DNA of 64,000 nt from Planctomycetota bacterium (GTDB taxonomy: Bacteria > Planctomycetota > UBA8108 > SXIK01): NCBI GenBank assembly GCA_965223845.1, contig CBDCXR010000004.1:4320001-4384000 (forward strand), in the 5' to 3' direction. Shown here piece after piece: positions 9,603 to 18,788 of the stretch. A program made the translations under genes and the position numbers. The notes beneath the pieces are model-generated. The model was given only the letters and a program-made list of their open reading frames with translations, had not been told where the DNA came from and did no database searches. Numbering within the stretch: the first letter of the stretch is position 1; each line of letters opens with the position of its first letter.

Positions 9603-11306
9603 TCAGCGGACGCTGGCTACGCCTGCCCGTACGACTTCACGGCGGTCGGCCGAAAGCTCCCAGCGAAGGTCTTTCGTGAAAAAGTCGTAGAGATCCTTCT
9701 TCGCCGCGAGCGAACAAGCTTCGTAGAAATTATCCCGTGCGCCCTGCCGGTCAGCACGCGAAGCCAGCGACTTCCGCTTCGGGATCTCCGCGTAGAGCCG
9801 GCGGATGAACTCGATCCCACCGTGCTCGCGATGGAGGTGGATCAGGAGGCCGGTCATCAGATCGTTGACGCTCGTCCGTTCCTTCCAGGGGACGAGCGGC
9901 ACGTTCCAAGAGTTCTCCCAGTTGTATTTCTCGGGGTGAGCGAGATACGCCTTGAGGTTCGCTTCCATTCCGTCTGCGAAATCCTTGCCGCCGGATCCGA
10001 AGTAGTACATGTCGTCGATCCCTTCGATCTCAGGCGGCAGAAAGATCGACATCGCATTGTTGAATCCGACCGTCCACCACCCGTAGTCGCGCGGCCCCTT
10101 CGAAGTGTGGTAATCGATCGCCGGATTCATATCGGGCATCCAGTAGTTGCGTGCGATCTCGTAGAAGAAGACTTGGTCGACGGTCTTCACCCCCTTCTCG
10201 AACCGATCGTAGAGGCCTTCGAAGAAACCATCGCCGATCCCCACGCCGAGCCTCCCATGGTGAGCGAGTCCGCCGCCGACGGCCTTCGACACCTCGATGC
10301 GCGCCCGACCGTTCAGCGGTGCGGTCAGCTTCGGCGTCCGCCCCGAGACGCGCTCGAAGGCATCGAAGATCGAGTCGAGAGCCCGCAGAATCCGTCCCAT
10401 CGTCTCAGGCTTTCGCGCGCCGGCGGACGAATCCTCGTCGAGGACGAGAGCCGTTCGACGACCGTACCAGATGACGGCCTTCCCGCTTCCGGCGATGTAG
10501 CGCCGGTAGTTTTCGACGACTTCGCACTCCGGTTGGCTCGCTTCGCTCTCCGCCCCGGATCGCTCGGAGCCGTTCTCGCGACGAGAGAGGTCGAGCTCCT
10601 CGATCCAGATGTCGCGGAAACGAACCGGGTTGTTGTGACCCTGCAGCTTCACCGGTCTCGGATCGGGACCTTCCTTTCGGCCCGCTCCCGTCTTTCGTGG
10701 AATCGAGAAGTCATCGTGGATCAACTCGCCGTTGTGATAGACGGTGATGCGTGCGTTCTCCGTCTTCTTGTCGCCGTCGAAACGCGCCGCACGAAAAACG
10801 ATGTCGTAGGTCTGCCACTCGCCAGGCTTCTTGCCGACGATGCGATCCGGTTTCTTGAGCCGGTAGAGGCTTCCGCAGTAGCTCGCCTTGTAGTCATCGG
10901 GAGCGATGCCGTAGGAGTTCAAGATCTGCACCTCGTAGCGCTGCTGGATGTAGACGCCCGAGTTGCCGTTCTTCTCCGGGTCGGTGGTCTCGACCTCGTT
11001 CACGTTGAACTCGACGTGCAGACGAAAATCTCGGTACGCCTTCTTCGTCACGAGACTGTCCCAGGCCTTCGGCGCGGTGAGCACGCCGTCCTCGAAGACC
11101 CAATTGCTCTTCTTTCCCTTCTCGGGAACGAGCTGGTGACCCTTCGGGCCTACAAGCTGAACGGCACCAGCCGGACGCTTGTTCGACTTGATGTCGATGA
11201 TTCCTCTCGTACTGCCGGTGCTAGCTGCGTCGCTCGCCACGGCGAAAACGCAGGGGCAAACCAAGCTCAAGATGAACGATAGTTGTCGAAGCGGAGTGGT
11301 CGCCAT
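9603..11306 (-). CDS. Secreted DUF1080 (3-keto-disaccharide hydrolase-like) protein fused to a C-terminal gluzincin-like domain
   Basis: [53 protein letters not shown]. The second domain has FYEIARNYW. Start placed at MATTPLRQ before the signal peptide. Confidence 0.8.
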   Translation of the reverse strand: MATTPLRQLSFILSLVCPCVFAVASDAASTGSTRGIIDIKSNKRPAGAVQLVGPKGHQLVPEKGKKSNWVFEDGVLTAPKAWDSLVTKKAYRDFRLHVEFNVNEVETTDPEKNGNSGVYIQQRYEVQILNSYGIAPDDYKASYCGSLYRLKKPDRIVGKKPGEWQTYDIVFRAARFDGDKKTENARITVYHNGELIHDDFSIPRKTGAGRKEGPDPRPVKLQGHNNPVRFRDIWIEELDLSRRENGSERSGAESEASQPECEVVENYRRYIAGSGKAVIWYGRRTALVLDEDSSAGARKPETMGRILRALDSIFDAFERVSGRTPKLTAPLNGRARIEVSKAVGGGLAHHGRLGVGIGDGFFEGLYDRFEKGVKTVDQVFFYEIARNYWMPDMNPAIDYHTSKGPRDYGWWTVGFNNAMSIFLPPEIEGIDDMYYFGSGGKDFADGMEANLKAYLAHPEKYNWENSWNVPLVPWKERTSVNDLMTGLLIHLHREHGGIEFIRRLYAEIPKRKSLASRADRQGARDNFYEACSLAAKKDLYDFFTKDLRWELSADRREVVRAGVASVR

Positions 11307-11352
11307 GGTCAGAATCGCATTCGTTGTGCAGGTGGTTCGTCTCTCGCGGCAA

Positions 11353-11560
11353 TCACCGCGAGCTCGGTACGGGTAGAGCCGTCGTTCGCCACAGATGGAC
11401 CGAGCGATCGAAGCTCGCTGATGCCATCGTGTTTCCGTCGGGAGAAAACTCGAGCGCGTTGACATCGGCGAAATGTTCCCTCGGAGAATTCAGCCGGGTC
11501 GTTCGCGCCGCACTTTCCTCGAAGATTGTAAGCGCTATCTGATCGCCGGGGAAATCGACG
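11353..11560 (-). pseudogene. Probable remnant of a WD40-repeat gene
   Basis: One good WD40 repeat (HFADVNALEFSPDGNTMASASFDRSVHLW) before a stop. There is no room upstream for a full propeller. Confidence 0.5.
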
Positions 11561-11688
11561 ACGGTTGTCTGGAGATTCTGAACCCCAATCGAGGTGCCGC
11601 CGAACCATTCTCCGCCCCGGATCGGATCGTCTCGGCGATAGGATAGTGAGGGGAGGGGGAAACTCTCGGTACGGGAAGAGGAGGCGGA

Positions 11689-12945
11689 ATGCAAACGAGA
11701 ATCAGCCGGACCGTTCTCCTCGCGTGGCTCGGAGTGTCCCTTAGCCCGGCGCCTCCGATTTCAGCCGAGGAGCCGTTCGCTGCTCTTCCGATCGAGGAGT
11801 CCGTCAAGAAGCCAAGGACGCCCCCGAAGGCCCGATCGGCCCGTGCCAAGCTCGGCTGGATTCGAGTGAGCCAAGACGGCGAAGGCTTCGTCGTCGGCGA
11901 GTCGAGTGAGCCGTTTCGAGCGTGGGGAGTCAACTACGACCACGACGGGCCGGGACGATTGCTCGAGGAGTATTGGGGCGAGGAGTGGCCGACGGTCGTT
12001 GAGGATCTCCGCGAGATCCGTGCGCTGGGCGCAAACGTCGTACGGATCCATCTCCAGGTCGCGAGCTTCATGAAGGGGCCGAGCGAAGTCGTGCCGTCGT
12101 CGCTCGATAGGCTAAGCAAGCTCGTTCGCCTCGCCGAGGAGCTCCACCTCTATTTGAATCTCACCGGCCTCGGCTGCTACCACGAACATCCTGCGTGGTA
12201 CCGGGAGCTCGGCGAGTCCGCGCGATGGGATGTGCAGGCGAGGTTTTGGGACGCGATCGCCGACGTCTCGAAGGACAGCCCCGCGATCTTTTGCTACGAC
12301 CTCATGAACGAGCCCATCCTCCCGGGCGCGGGAGAGCAGGAGACCGAGTGGCTCACCGGGGAGTTCGGCGGGAAGCACTTTGTCCAGCGCATCTCTCTCG
12401 ATCTCGGCGAGCGCTCACGAGAAAACGTCGCGAGAGCGTGGGTGAATCGGCTCACCGCCGCGATTCGAAAGCGCGATCGCCGCCACCTGATCACCGTCGG
12501 CGTCATCCCTTGGGTCCACGTGTTTCCAAAGTCGCACCCCATCTTCTACTCACCGCGCGTCTCCGAGGATCTCGATTTCGTCAGCGTTCACTTCTACCCG
12601 GAGAAAGGTAAGGTGGACGACGCGCTCACCGCGCTCCGCGCGTACGAGATCGGCAAACCGCTCGTCATCGAAGAGATGTTTCCGCTGCGATGCAGCTCCG
12701 GCGAGCTTCTACGATTCATCGACGGCTCTCGCTCGTTCACCGACGGCTGGTTCAGCTTCTACTGGGGAACCACGATCGCGGAGTATCGAGCGAAGGAGCA
12801 GCCGACCCTCGGGGACGCCATAACGCGGGAGTGGCTCGAGCACTTTCGCGAGAAGGGTCGATCCATCACCGACCCTGCGCGCGAAGCATCACACGACGAG
12901 CGCCGCGATTGTCGAACAGATCGCGCCCAGCCCGGCGGCCGCTAG
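11689..12945 (+). CDS. Secreted GH5-like (clan GH-A) glycoside hydrolase
   Basis: WGVNY, LGANVVRIHL, YDLMNEP (acid/base), SVHFYP, KPLVIEE (nucleophile); GAGGAGG RBS. Confidence 0.85.
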   Translation: MQTRISRTVLLAWLGVSLSPAPPISAEEPFAALPIEESVKKPRTPPKARSARAKLGWIRVSQDGEGFVVGESSEPFRAWGVNYDHDGPGRLLEEYWGEEWPTVVEDLREIRALGANVVRIHLQVASFMKGPSEVVPSSLDRLSKLVRLAEELHLYLNLTGLGCYHEHPAWYRELGESARWDVQARFWDAIADVSKDSPAIFCYDLMNEPILPGAGEQETEWLTGEFGGKHFVQRISLDLGERSRENVARAWVNRLTAAIRKRDRRHLITVGVIPWVHVFPKSHPIFYSPRVSEDLDFVSVHFYPEKGKVDDALTALRAYEIGKPLVIEEMFPLRCSSGELLRFIDGSRSFTDGWFSFYWGTTIAEYRAKEQPTLGDAITREWLEHFREKGRSITDPAREASHDERRDCRTDRAQPGGR

Positions 12946-14505
12946 TGCGAGCGGAAGCTGTGTCCGAACGTGATCGAGGAGATCACAACCCGTGAACATG
13001 GCGGAGAGGATCGTCGTGTCGGAGATCGGAGAACACTGATCTCCGAACACCGCTCCCCCGAGCACCGCACCGAAGCAAACGCTCACGTACGTGAGGATGC
13101 TCGACCACTCGGCCGGATGCACTTCCGAGAGCGTTTCGACCGGGACGCCGCCGAGATCTCGCGCCCCGATCGCGACCGTGAGCGCGAGCGGGATCGCGAT
13201 CGGAAAGATCACGGCGTAGGTTCCGAACGAAGACCCGATCGAAAACGAGACCAGCATGCAGAGACCCGTGAGCACGGCCGGAAGCGACCACGCCGGGACG
13301 ACGCCGCCCGCGTTCTCGACGAGGAAGTCCGCGGCGCGAAGTTCCTTCGAAACGAATGAGAGCGTGACCGCCAGACCGAGGATCAGCGCTCCGAACGTCA
13401 TCGAGCGGCAGCCGTCGACGAATCCTTCGAGGACTTCACGGAGAGGCATCCCCTTGAAGCGCGCGAGCAGCATCGCGCTCAGGGTGCACGCCATGAACGC
13501 TTCGCTGATCCAGATCTCCTTCGAGAGAACATACGGTCCGATCGCCACCCCGAGAAGGATTCCGAGCGGCACGAAAAAGTCTTCGAGGCCCGTTCGGTAC
13601 GACTCGGAGCGTTTCTGAGCCGACTCCGCGAGGAGAAGCGGCTCGGCCGTGGGTGAATCGAGCGCGCCGGTGGCTCGGCTGCGCTCGCGCGCCGCGCGCA
13701 TCCGTCGCCCCGTCCATGGCAGCGCGCCGAGGCTGAAGAGCAGAGTCGAGCCGACGGCGAAGAGAGCGTAGAAGTTGAAGCGGATCGCGCCCCAGAACCA
13801 TGCGATTCCGTCGCTCTCCGTTTCGATGAGCACGAATCCTCCAACCGAGACGCCGGCGACGAGCCCCCCGATGTAGATCGGCCACGCGTTGAACGGAAGG
13901 ATCGTCGCGACGGGAGATGCCGTCGAGTCGACGATGTACGAGAGCTCCTCGTGGCTCACGCGGTGGCGATCGCTCACCGGCCGGACGGTCGTACCGGCGA
14001 GAACCGTGCTCACGGTTCCGCCTTGGTGAAAGACACAGCCTATGATCCACGCGAAGACCGATGCGCCGCGGGGACCGCGCGCGAGCCGCACGCCCACACG
14101 CTCGGCGAAATAGCGTGCGCCGCCCGTCCGCTCCCAGACACCGAGGATCCCGCCGAGAAACCAGAGATAGACGAGGAGGATCTTTGCGTACGTCTCCGAT
14201 CCGAGCGCCGGCAGCAAGAAGCGCTGGAGGACGTTGAGATCACTCGGTTCGCCGGTGTGAAGGGCGAGAACAACCGCGCCGCTCGCGACGCCGAGCGCGA
14301 GTGCGACGAGAACCTGCCTCGTCCAAAACGCGACGATGAGCGTGAGCGCCGCCGGGAGTAGCGACCACGCGCCGAACTCCGGTCCGCCGAGCGACTCGGC
14401 GGCTCCGCTCTCGCCCTGCGCGTCCGCGATACTCGTCGCGGCCATCGCGAGCAGAGCGACGATGCCGATACCGAGCCCCCACGAACCGAACCGCCGGTGT
14501 CTCAT
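12889..14505 (-). CDS. Na+/H+ antiporter NhaC family membrane protein
   Basis: WSLLPAALT, ELSYIVDSTASP, GSSFGT, GAVFGDQCSPISDTTILS, DHVRTQLP; many hydrophobic segments. Confidence 0.9.
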   Translation of the reverse strand: MRHRRFGSWGLGIGIVALLAMAATSIADAQGESGAAESLGGPEFGAWSLLPAALTLIVAFWTRQVLVALALGVASGAVVLALHTGEPSDLNVLQRFLLPALGSETYAKILLVYLWFLGGILGVWERTGGARYFAERVGVRLARGPRGASVFAWIIGCVFHQGGTVSTVLAGTTVRPVSDRHRVSHEELSYIVDSTASPVATILPFNAWPIYIGGLVAGVSVGGFVLIETESDGIAWFWGAIRFNFYALFAVGSTLLFSLGALPWTGRRMRAARERSRATGALDSPTAEPLLLAESAQKRSESYRTGLEDFFVPLGILLGVAIGPYVLSKEIWISEAFMACTLSAMLLARFKGMPLREVLEGFVDGCRSMTFGALILGLAVTLSFVSKELRAADFLVENAGGVVPAWSLPAVLTGLCMLVSFSIGSSFGTYAVIFPIAIPLALTVAIGARDLGGVPVETLSEVHPAEWSSILTYVSVCFGAVLGGAVFGDQCSPISDTTILSAMFTGCDLLDHVRTQLPLALAAAGLGAICSTIAALVV

Positions 14506-14590
14506 TCACTTCCCTCGTCGTCGTGAACGCACCCCGTCCACGACACAGGCTCAAGTCGGTCGGTGAGCTTCGTCTCGCCGAGACGCCGAC

Positions 14591-17500
14591 TCAACGCACG
14601 CAAGCATCCGGACAACCCTCGATCGGCACGCATTCGCGCCCGAGCGCCGGCGCGTCGCCTCGACGGAAAAGATACTGAACGAGCGCGAGCGCATCTGCGA
14701 CGTTCGCTCCTCCCGAGCCGTCGATGTCGAGGACGATCTGGTTTGCGGGTTCGCTCGCGTCCCCGGACCCACACGGCGCGGAGACGCCGTGGAACAGGAT
14801 CCGTAGGATCGCGATCGCGTCGGAGACGGAAAGAATCCCGTCTTGATCGATGTTCCCTGGACGCTGTAGCCCGCTCTCGACCTCGCCCTCCGCTCGTCCG
14901 GGAGAGCCGTGGCGCTGCGCGCTCTCGACCCAGCTCGCCGGATCGTTCCAGGTGGCGGGATCGAGCGATGGGTCGCGGATGACGAGCGATCGACCACCAC
15001 CGTCCGTCGACGCGATCCAGGTATCCGAATACACGAACTCGATCACCGTCGATGCCCGACCGAAACGAAGGAGAACGCTCTCTCCCCCGTTGCTGAGGCG
15101 CCCCGAGTACTCGCCCGCAATCGGAACGTCCGTGCCGTAACGCTTCTCGAAAACGGTACGGTTCCTTACGACCACCACGTACGCGCCCGCGTCGAGAGTC
15201 GGAATCTCACCGCCCGAGAACTCGAAATCGATTCCGTCGGCGAACTCGACGCCGGCGAGCTCGATGGCCGCACCGCTTATGTTCTGGAGCTCGATGAACT
15301 CGTAGTCTTCGTCGCCCTCGGGGTTGTACATCAGCTCGGTGATCCGGAGCGCCAGTTCGGGCGCCGAGGGCCCGGTCGGTTCGCCCGCGACGAACTCGAT
15401 CGGCGCCGACCAATGGCTGAACCGGCCGGTGGAGTCCTTCATTCGAGCGCGCACGCGATACGTGCGGCCGGGCTCGAGCTCCGTGCTCGGAATAGTGACG
15501 GGATTCAAGAGCGCCGCGCTCTCCGTCTGCCAAACCGCCGGAAACTCGTACGGACGGGGGCGTTCTCGATCGAGCGGCGTGTCCGGCGGCGAAACCTCGC
15601 CGATCCGCCAGTGGATGCCGCCGAACTCGTCCTCTTCGTTCGGATCGGAGAACTCACTCACCGAGAACGAGAGCTGATCGATGGGAAAGCCCTCCGGCGA
15701 CTGGGACGCGACTTCCGGCGTCGCGGGAATGTTGTCGCGGTCGCGTCCCGAGTTGGCGAGGTTCTCTAGATGACGCTCCCGCCCGCCGGCCGGCACCGTG
15801 GGTCCGCTCCCGCCGCTCCAGCCGACGAACGCGAAGCGCTTCATGTCGACGATCTTGCGCTCGATCGGGCCGAAATCTTGCCGTCCCGCCTGGGACGGTC
15901 CCGTCCGCCAGCGGTCTCGGTCGGCCGAGCTGAACTCGATGATGAACTCCGCGAGGTCGTCGATCATCGGCTCGATCACGTCTTTCTTCCAGACGAGATC
16001 GACGAAGTCCCGCAGGGCGTTTCGGTACTCGATGAGGAACGGCAGCTTCCCGCCGCGCGCGGTGATGGCGTTCAGCGTGTAGTCGATGCCGCTGTTCCAA
16101 TTGGGCCCCCAGCTCGCGTCGGAATCCCACGGCAAGGTCCAGAGCCGACCGAACTCGCTTCCCTCGTGCGGCTCGAAGTACCACGCTCGATTCTTCGAAT
16201 GCGAGTCCGCCGGGACGAAGTCGTAGTGGCGGATACCTTCGATCACCGCGTGATAGTAGTACGCGCGGTCGTAGTTGACGTGTTGGTGGAGCCACTCGTC
16301 GTCGCGCTCCGGCCGGAGACTGCGACGGATGTTCTGAAAGTCGGCGTCCGTCGTTACCGCGTTGCGTCCCTGGTTTCGGCGGAGATCGTTGCCATTGAAG
16401 ACGCCGTCCTTCAGCTTGTAGAGATTTCCGTCCTCGAGATCGTGCTCGTCGAGAAACTGCGGCGAGTAGTCTTCGATCCCACTGAAGAAACCCCAGAAAT
16501 CCCCCAGGTACTGACCGCTCCGTTCGGGGACTTCTTCGGCGTCGTCGATGACGCGCATGTGGTAGGTGTAGAACCACGGCGCCGGCACGCCCACCAAATT
16601 CCAGAGGTTCGCATTCATCGCCTCCGTGAGCCCGAAGTTGCCCACGTCCTTGTTGTCGAAGCCCTTCCCGGTGTTGAGGGTCCGCCACTTGGATTCGTAG
16701 CGCTGGCCGTACTGGTCTCGGGGGGCGAAGTAGTGCCCCTTGTTGAACCGAAAGCGCATCGAGCGCTTTCCCGACCCGCCGTACCGATCGTTCGCTTGGC
16801 GAAGTCGGTAACGAACGTGGTCGTAGACGACGCCATCGTAGACGAACGCGCACTCCCAGTTGAACTTGTCCCGTGCGCGCTCGTTACTCTTCGGGATCTG
16901 CGTCGATCCGCTGTACGAAACGCAGTGCGTCATCTCCTCTGCCCGCGTGATCACGTGGTGAACCGGAATCGCCGTCATCACTTCCGCGGGATAAACGTGC
17001 CCCGGGCCGTCCGGATGGACGCTCTGGTGATCGGCGACGTACTCCGGCACGCCGTTGTAGACGAAGCACGCGAAATTGAGCGAGGTGTCGTCCGGAAACG
17101 GAACGCGAACCGAGCTCCCGAGCGCGTCAGTGGCGCGAATCCGGTAGCGAACCAGCGTGCGATGGGACTGCGCCGGAATCTGCGCGCTGTACGTCGAATC
17201 GCCCGCGAGCTCGTCCCCTTCCCCGCCGTCGTCGAGCATCGTCACGGTCGTCCAGTTCTCCGGATCCTCGAACGCGGGGTTCGGTGGGTTCGGCTGGTCG
17301 CCGTTCGCCATCAGCTGCGCGTGCGGGAGCGGAAGAAACGCCGGGATGAACTCGCCGGGGAGCACGATCTGGTAGAGGAGCTCGACGGAACCGACGCCAT
17401 CGGAGTCCGTGACCTTTGCGCTGATCGAGATCGGCTCGTCCTCGGCCGGTTGCTGCGGCGAGTGATCCACCTGCCGAATCTGCGGCGGCGCCGTCTCCGC

Positions 17501-18607
17501 GAACGCCGTGTTCCGCGAACCCGGGGTCGGAAACGGCGGGACGTCGCGCAGATCGTCTCCGTTCGGAAGGAACAGCATGACGTCGATCGAAAAATCGTTG
17601 CTGCGGAGCGACTGGTTGAATGCCTGGACGGCGATCGTGTTTTCGCCGCGCTTCAGGTACGCGCTCGGCGCGGGGAGGAGGATGTCCTGAAACTCGCGCG
17701 CCTCGAAGCTGAACGGTGCGGTGTCGTCGAAAGCGGGGTCGCCTTCGAAGCGAAACCGCGCGACTTCGACCCCGTTGATCCACACGACGCAGCCGTCGTC
17801 GACCCAAAGACCGGCCATCATGAACTCGGGCAACGACTCTCCGTCGAACTGAAACGTTCTGCGGAGGAATACGGAGCTGTAGTTGTTCCGCATGTCCTCG
17901 AGCAGCGTGTTGTCGTCATCGTCGTTGAATCCGATCGGGGTCTGACCCGTCTCCCAAGTGTCGTCCTCGACGAAGTCGGAGTTTCTCCACGCATCGACGG
18001 GATCGGATGCTTCCGAAGTTCCTTTCCGATATCTCCACTGACCGGCCGGTTCGAGGACGACACTGCGCTCGGTCGGCGCCGTGCTGAGGAACCCGGAGGC
18101 GCGCCAACTTCCTGCGAGATCGTTATCGAGCGACGGATGAATGAGCTCCATCGAGCTTCCGCGTCCACCGGAGTCGAGCGGCCACGGGAACTGAAGCTGA
18201 TAGTCGACCGTGTCCTCGATATCGCCGACCGCGTTTCGCAGAACGACGCGCTCGCCGTCGTTCTCGAGACGACCCTCGAACGGACCGGCGACGTTCGGCG
18301 CACCGAACAGCCGAACGATATGCTCCGGATCCTCGGCGACGACGAGATAGTCGCCGGGCGCGAGCGTCGTTCCTTCGTCGAAGACGAACCGAATCCCGCT
18401 CGAGAAGAACCAGCCCGAAAGGTCGACCGGCTCGTCGCCGGTGTTGTAGAGCTCGATGAACTCCTCGGGCGCGGTCTTGTCGATGGGCTCGTAGTGAATC
18501 TCGTTGATGACGATGTCGCCGCGGAGGGAGGCGCCCGCAAGACTGCCGGCGAACGCGACGACGAGCGCGAAACCGCGAACGCGAATCCGGTCTCCGCACG
18601 GGAACAT
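14591..18607 (-). CDS. Secreted lamin-tail-domain / CotH kinase / dockerin-like protein
   Basis: Two LTDs (VINEIHY..EFIELYN; ITELMYNP..EFIELQN). CotH-like core with K(R)SMRFRF, GNLYK, LPWDSDASWG. C-terminal dockerin-like GNIDQDG..SDA / DIDGSG..ADA. Start uncertain (18607-18658). Confidence 0.85.
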   Translation of the reverse strand: MFPCGDRIRVRGFALVVAFAGSLAGASLRGDIVINEIHYEPIDKTAPEEFIELYNTGDEPVDLSGWFFSSGIRFVFDEGTTLAPGDYLVVAEDPEHIVRLFGAPNVAGPFEGRLENDGERVVLRNAVGDIEDTVDYQLQFPWPLDSGGRGSSMELIHPSLDNDLAGSWRASGFLSTAPTERSVVLEPAGQWRYRKGTSEASDPVDAWRNSDFVEDDTWETGQTPIGFNDDDDNTLLEDMRNNYSSVFLRRTFQFDGESLPEFMMAGLWVDDGCVVWINGVEVARFRFEGDPAFDDTAPFSFEAREFQDILLPAPSAYLKRGENTIAVQAFNQSLRSNDFSIDVMLFLPNGDDLRDVPPFPTPGSRNTAFAETAPPQIRQVDHSPQQPAEDEPISISAKVTDSDGVGSVELLYQIVLPGEFIPAFLPLPHAQLMANGDQPNPPNPAFEDPENWTTVTMLDDGGEGDELAGDSTYSAQIPAQSHRTLVRYRIRATDALGSSVRVPFPDDTSLNFACFVYNGVPEYVADHQSVHPDGPGHVYPAEVMTAIPVHHVITRAEEMTHCVSYSGSTQIPKSNERARDKFNWECAFVYDGVVYDHVRYRLRQANDRYGGSGKRSMRFRFNKGHYFAPRDQYGQRYESKWRTLNTGKGFDNKDVGNFGLTEAMNANLWNLVGVPAPWFYTYHMRVIDDAEEVPERSGQYLGDFWGFFSGIEDYSPQFLDEHDLEDGNLYKLKDGVFNGNDLRRNQGRNAVTTDADFQNIRRSLRPERDDEWLHQHVNYDRAYYYHAVIEGIRHYDFVPADSHSKNRAWYFEPHEGSEFGRLWTLPWDSDASWGPNWNSGIDYTLNAITARGGKLPFLIEYRNALRDFVDLVWKKDVIEPMIDDLAEFIIEFSSADRDRWRTGPSQAGRQDFGPIERKIVDMKRFAFVGWSGGSGPTVPAGGRERHLENLANSGRDRDNIPATPEVASQSPEGFPIDQLSFSVSEFSDPNEEDEFGGIHWRIGEVSPPDTPLDRERPRPYEFPAVWQTESAALLNPVTIPSTELEPGRTYRVRARMKDSTGRFSHWSAPIEFVAGEPTGPSAPELALRITELMYNPEGDEDYEFIELQNISGAAIELAGVEFADGIDFEFSGGEIPTLDAGAYVVVVRNRTVFEKRYGTDVPIAGEYSGRLSNGGESVLLRFGRASTVIEFVYSDTWIASTDGGGRSLVIRDPSLDPATWNDPASWVESAQRHGSPGRAEGEVESGLQRPGNIDQDGILSVSDAIAILRILFHGVSAPCGSGDASEPANQIVLDIDGSGGANVADALALVQYLFRRGDAPALGRECVPIEGCPDACVR

Positions 18608-18788
18608 TTCACTCACACCGTGGGAAGCACCACCTTCACCCATAGGTCTCTCGCTCATCTCGTGGCCGATCCTTCCGTCCCTGTCCGTCGATCCTCTACC
18701 GTCCGAAGATGGAATTCTCCGGGCGGCGGAATGGTGGGTCAAGCTCGATAGCGCAGCGGACGGACGTTCGGCGAGTCGAATCGCCGAA

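Noticed and set aside
12889-12945. Convergent 3' overlaps (GH5/NhaC, and 39228-39254)
   Set aside because: Short tail-to-tail overlaps are common in high-GC genomes, and there is no sign of function.
18710-18722. 13-mer TGGAATTCTCCGG shared with 29491-29503 (reverse strand), both intergenic
   Set aside because: Only two copies, in opposite orientation relative to their downstream genes; compatible with chance.
15770-18751. Very long antisense ORFs (also 26499-29303, 51802-55050, 44645-46576, 47976-49784)
   Set aside because: These are shadows of well-supported genes on the opposite strand in high-GC DNA, with no recognisable motifs.
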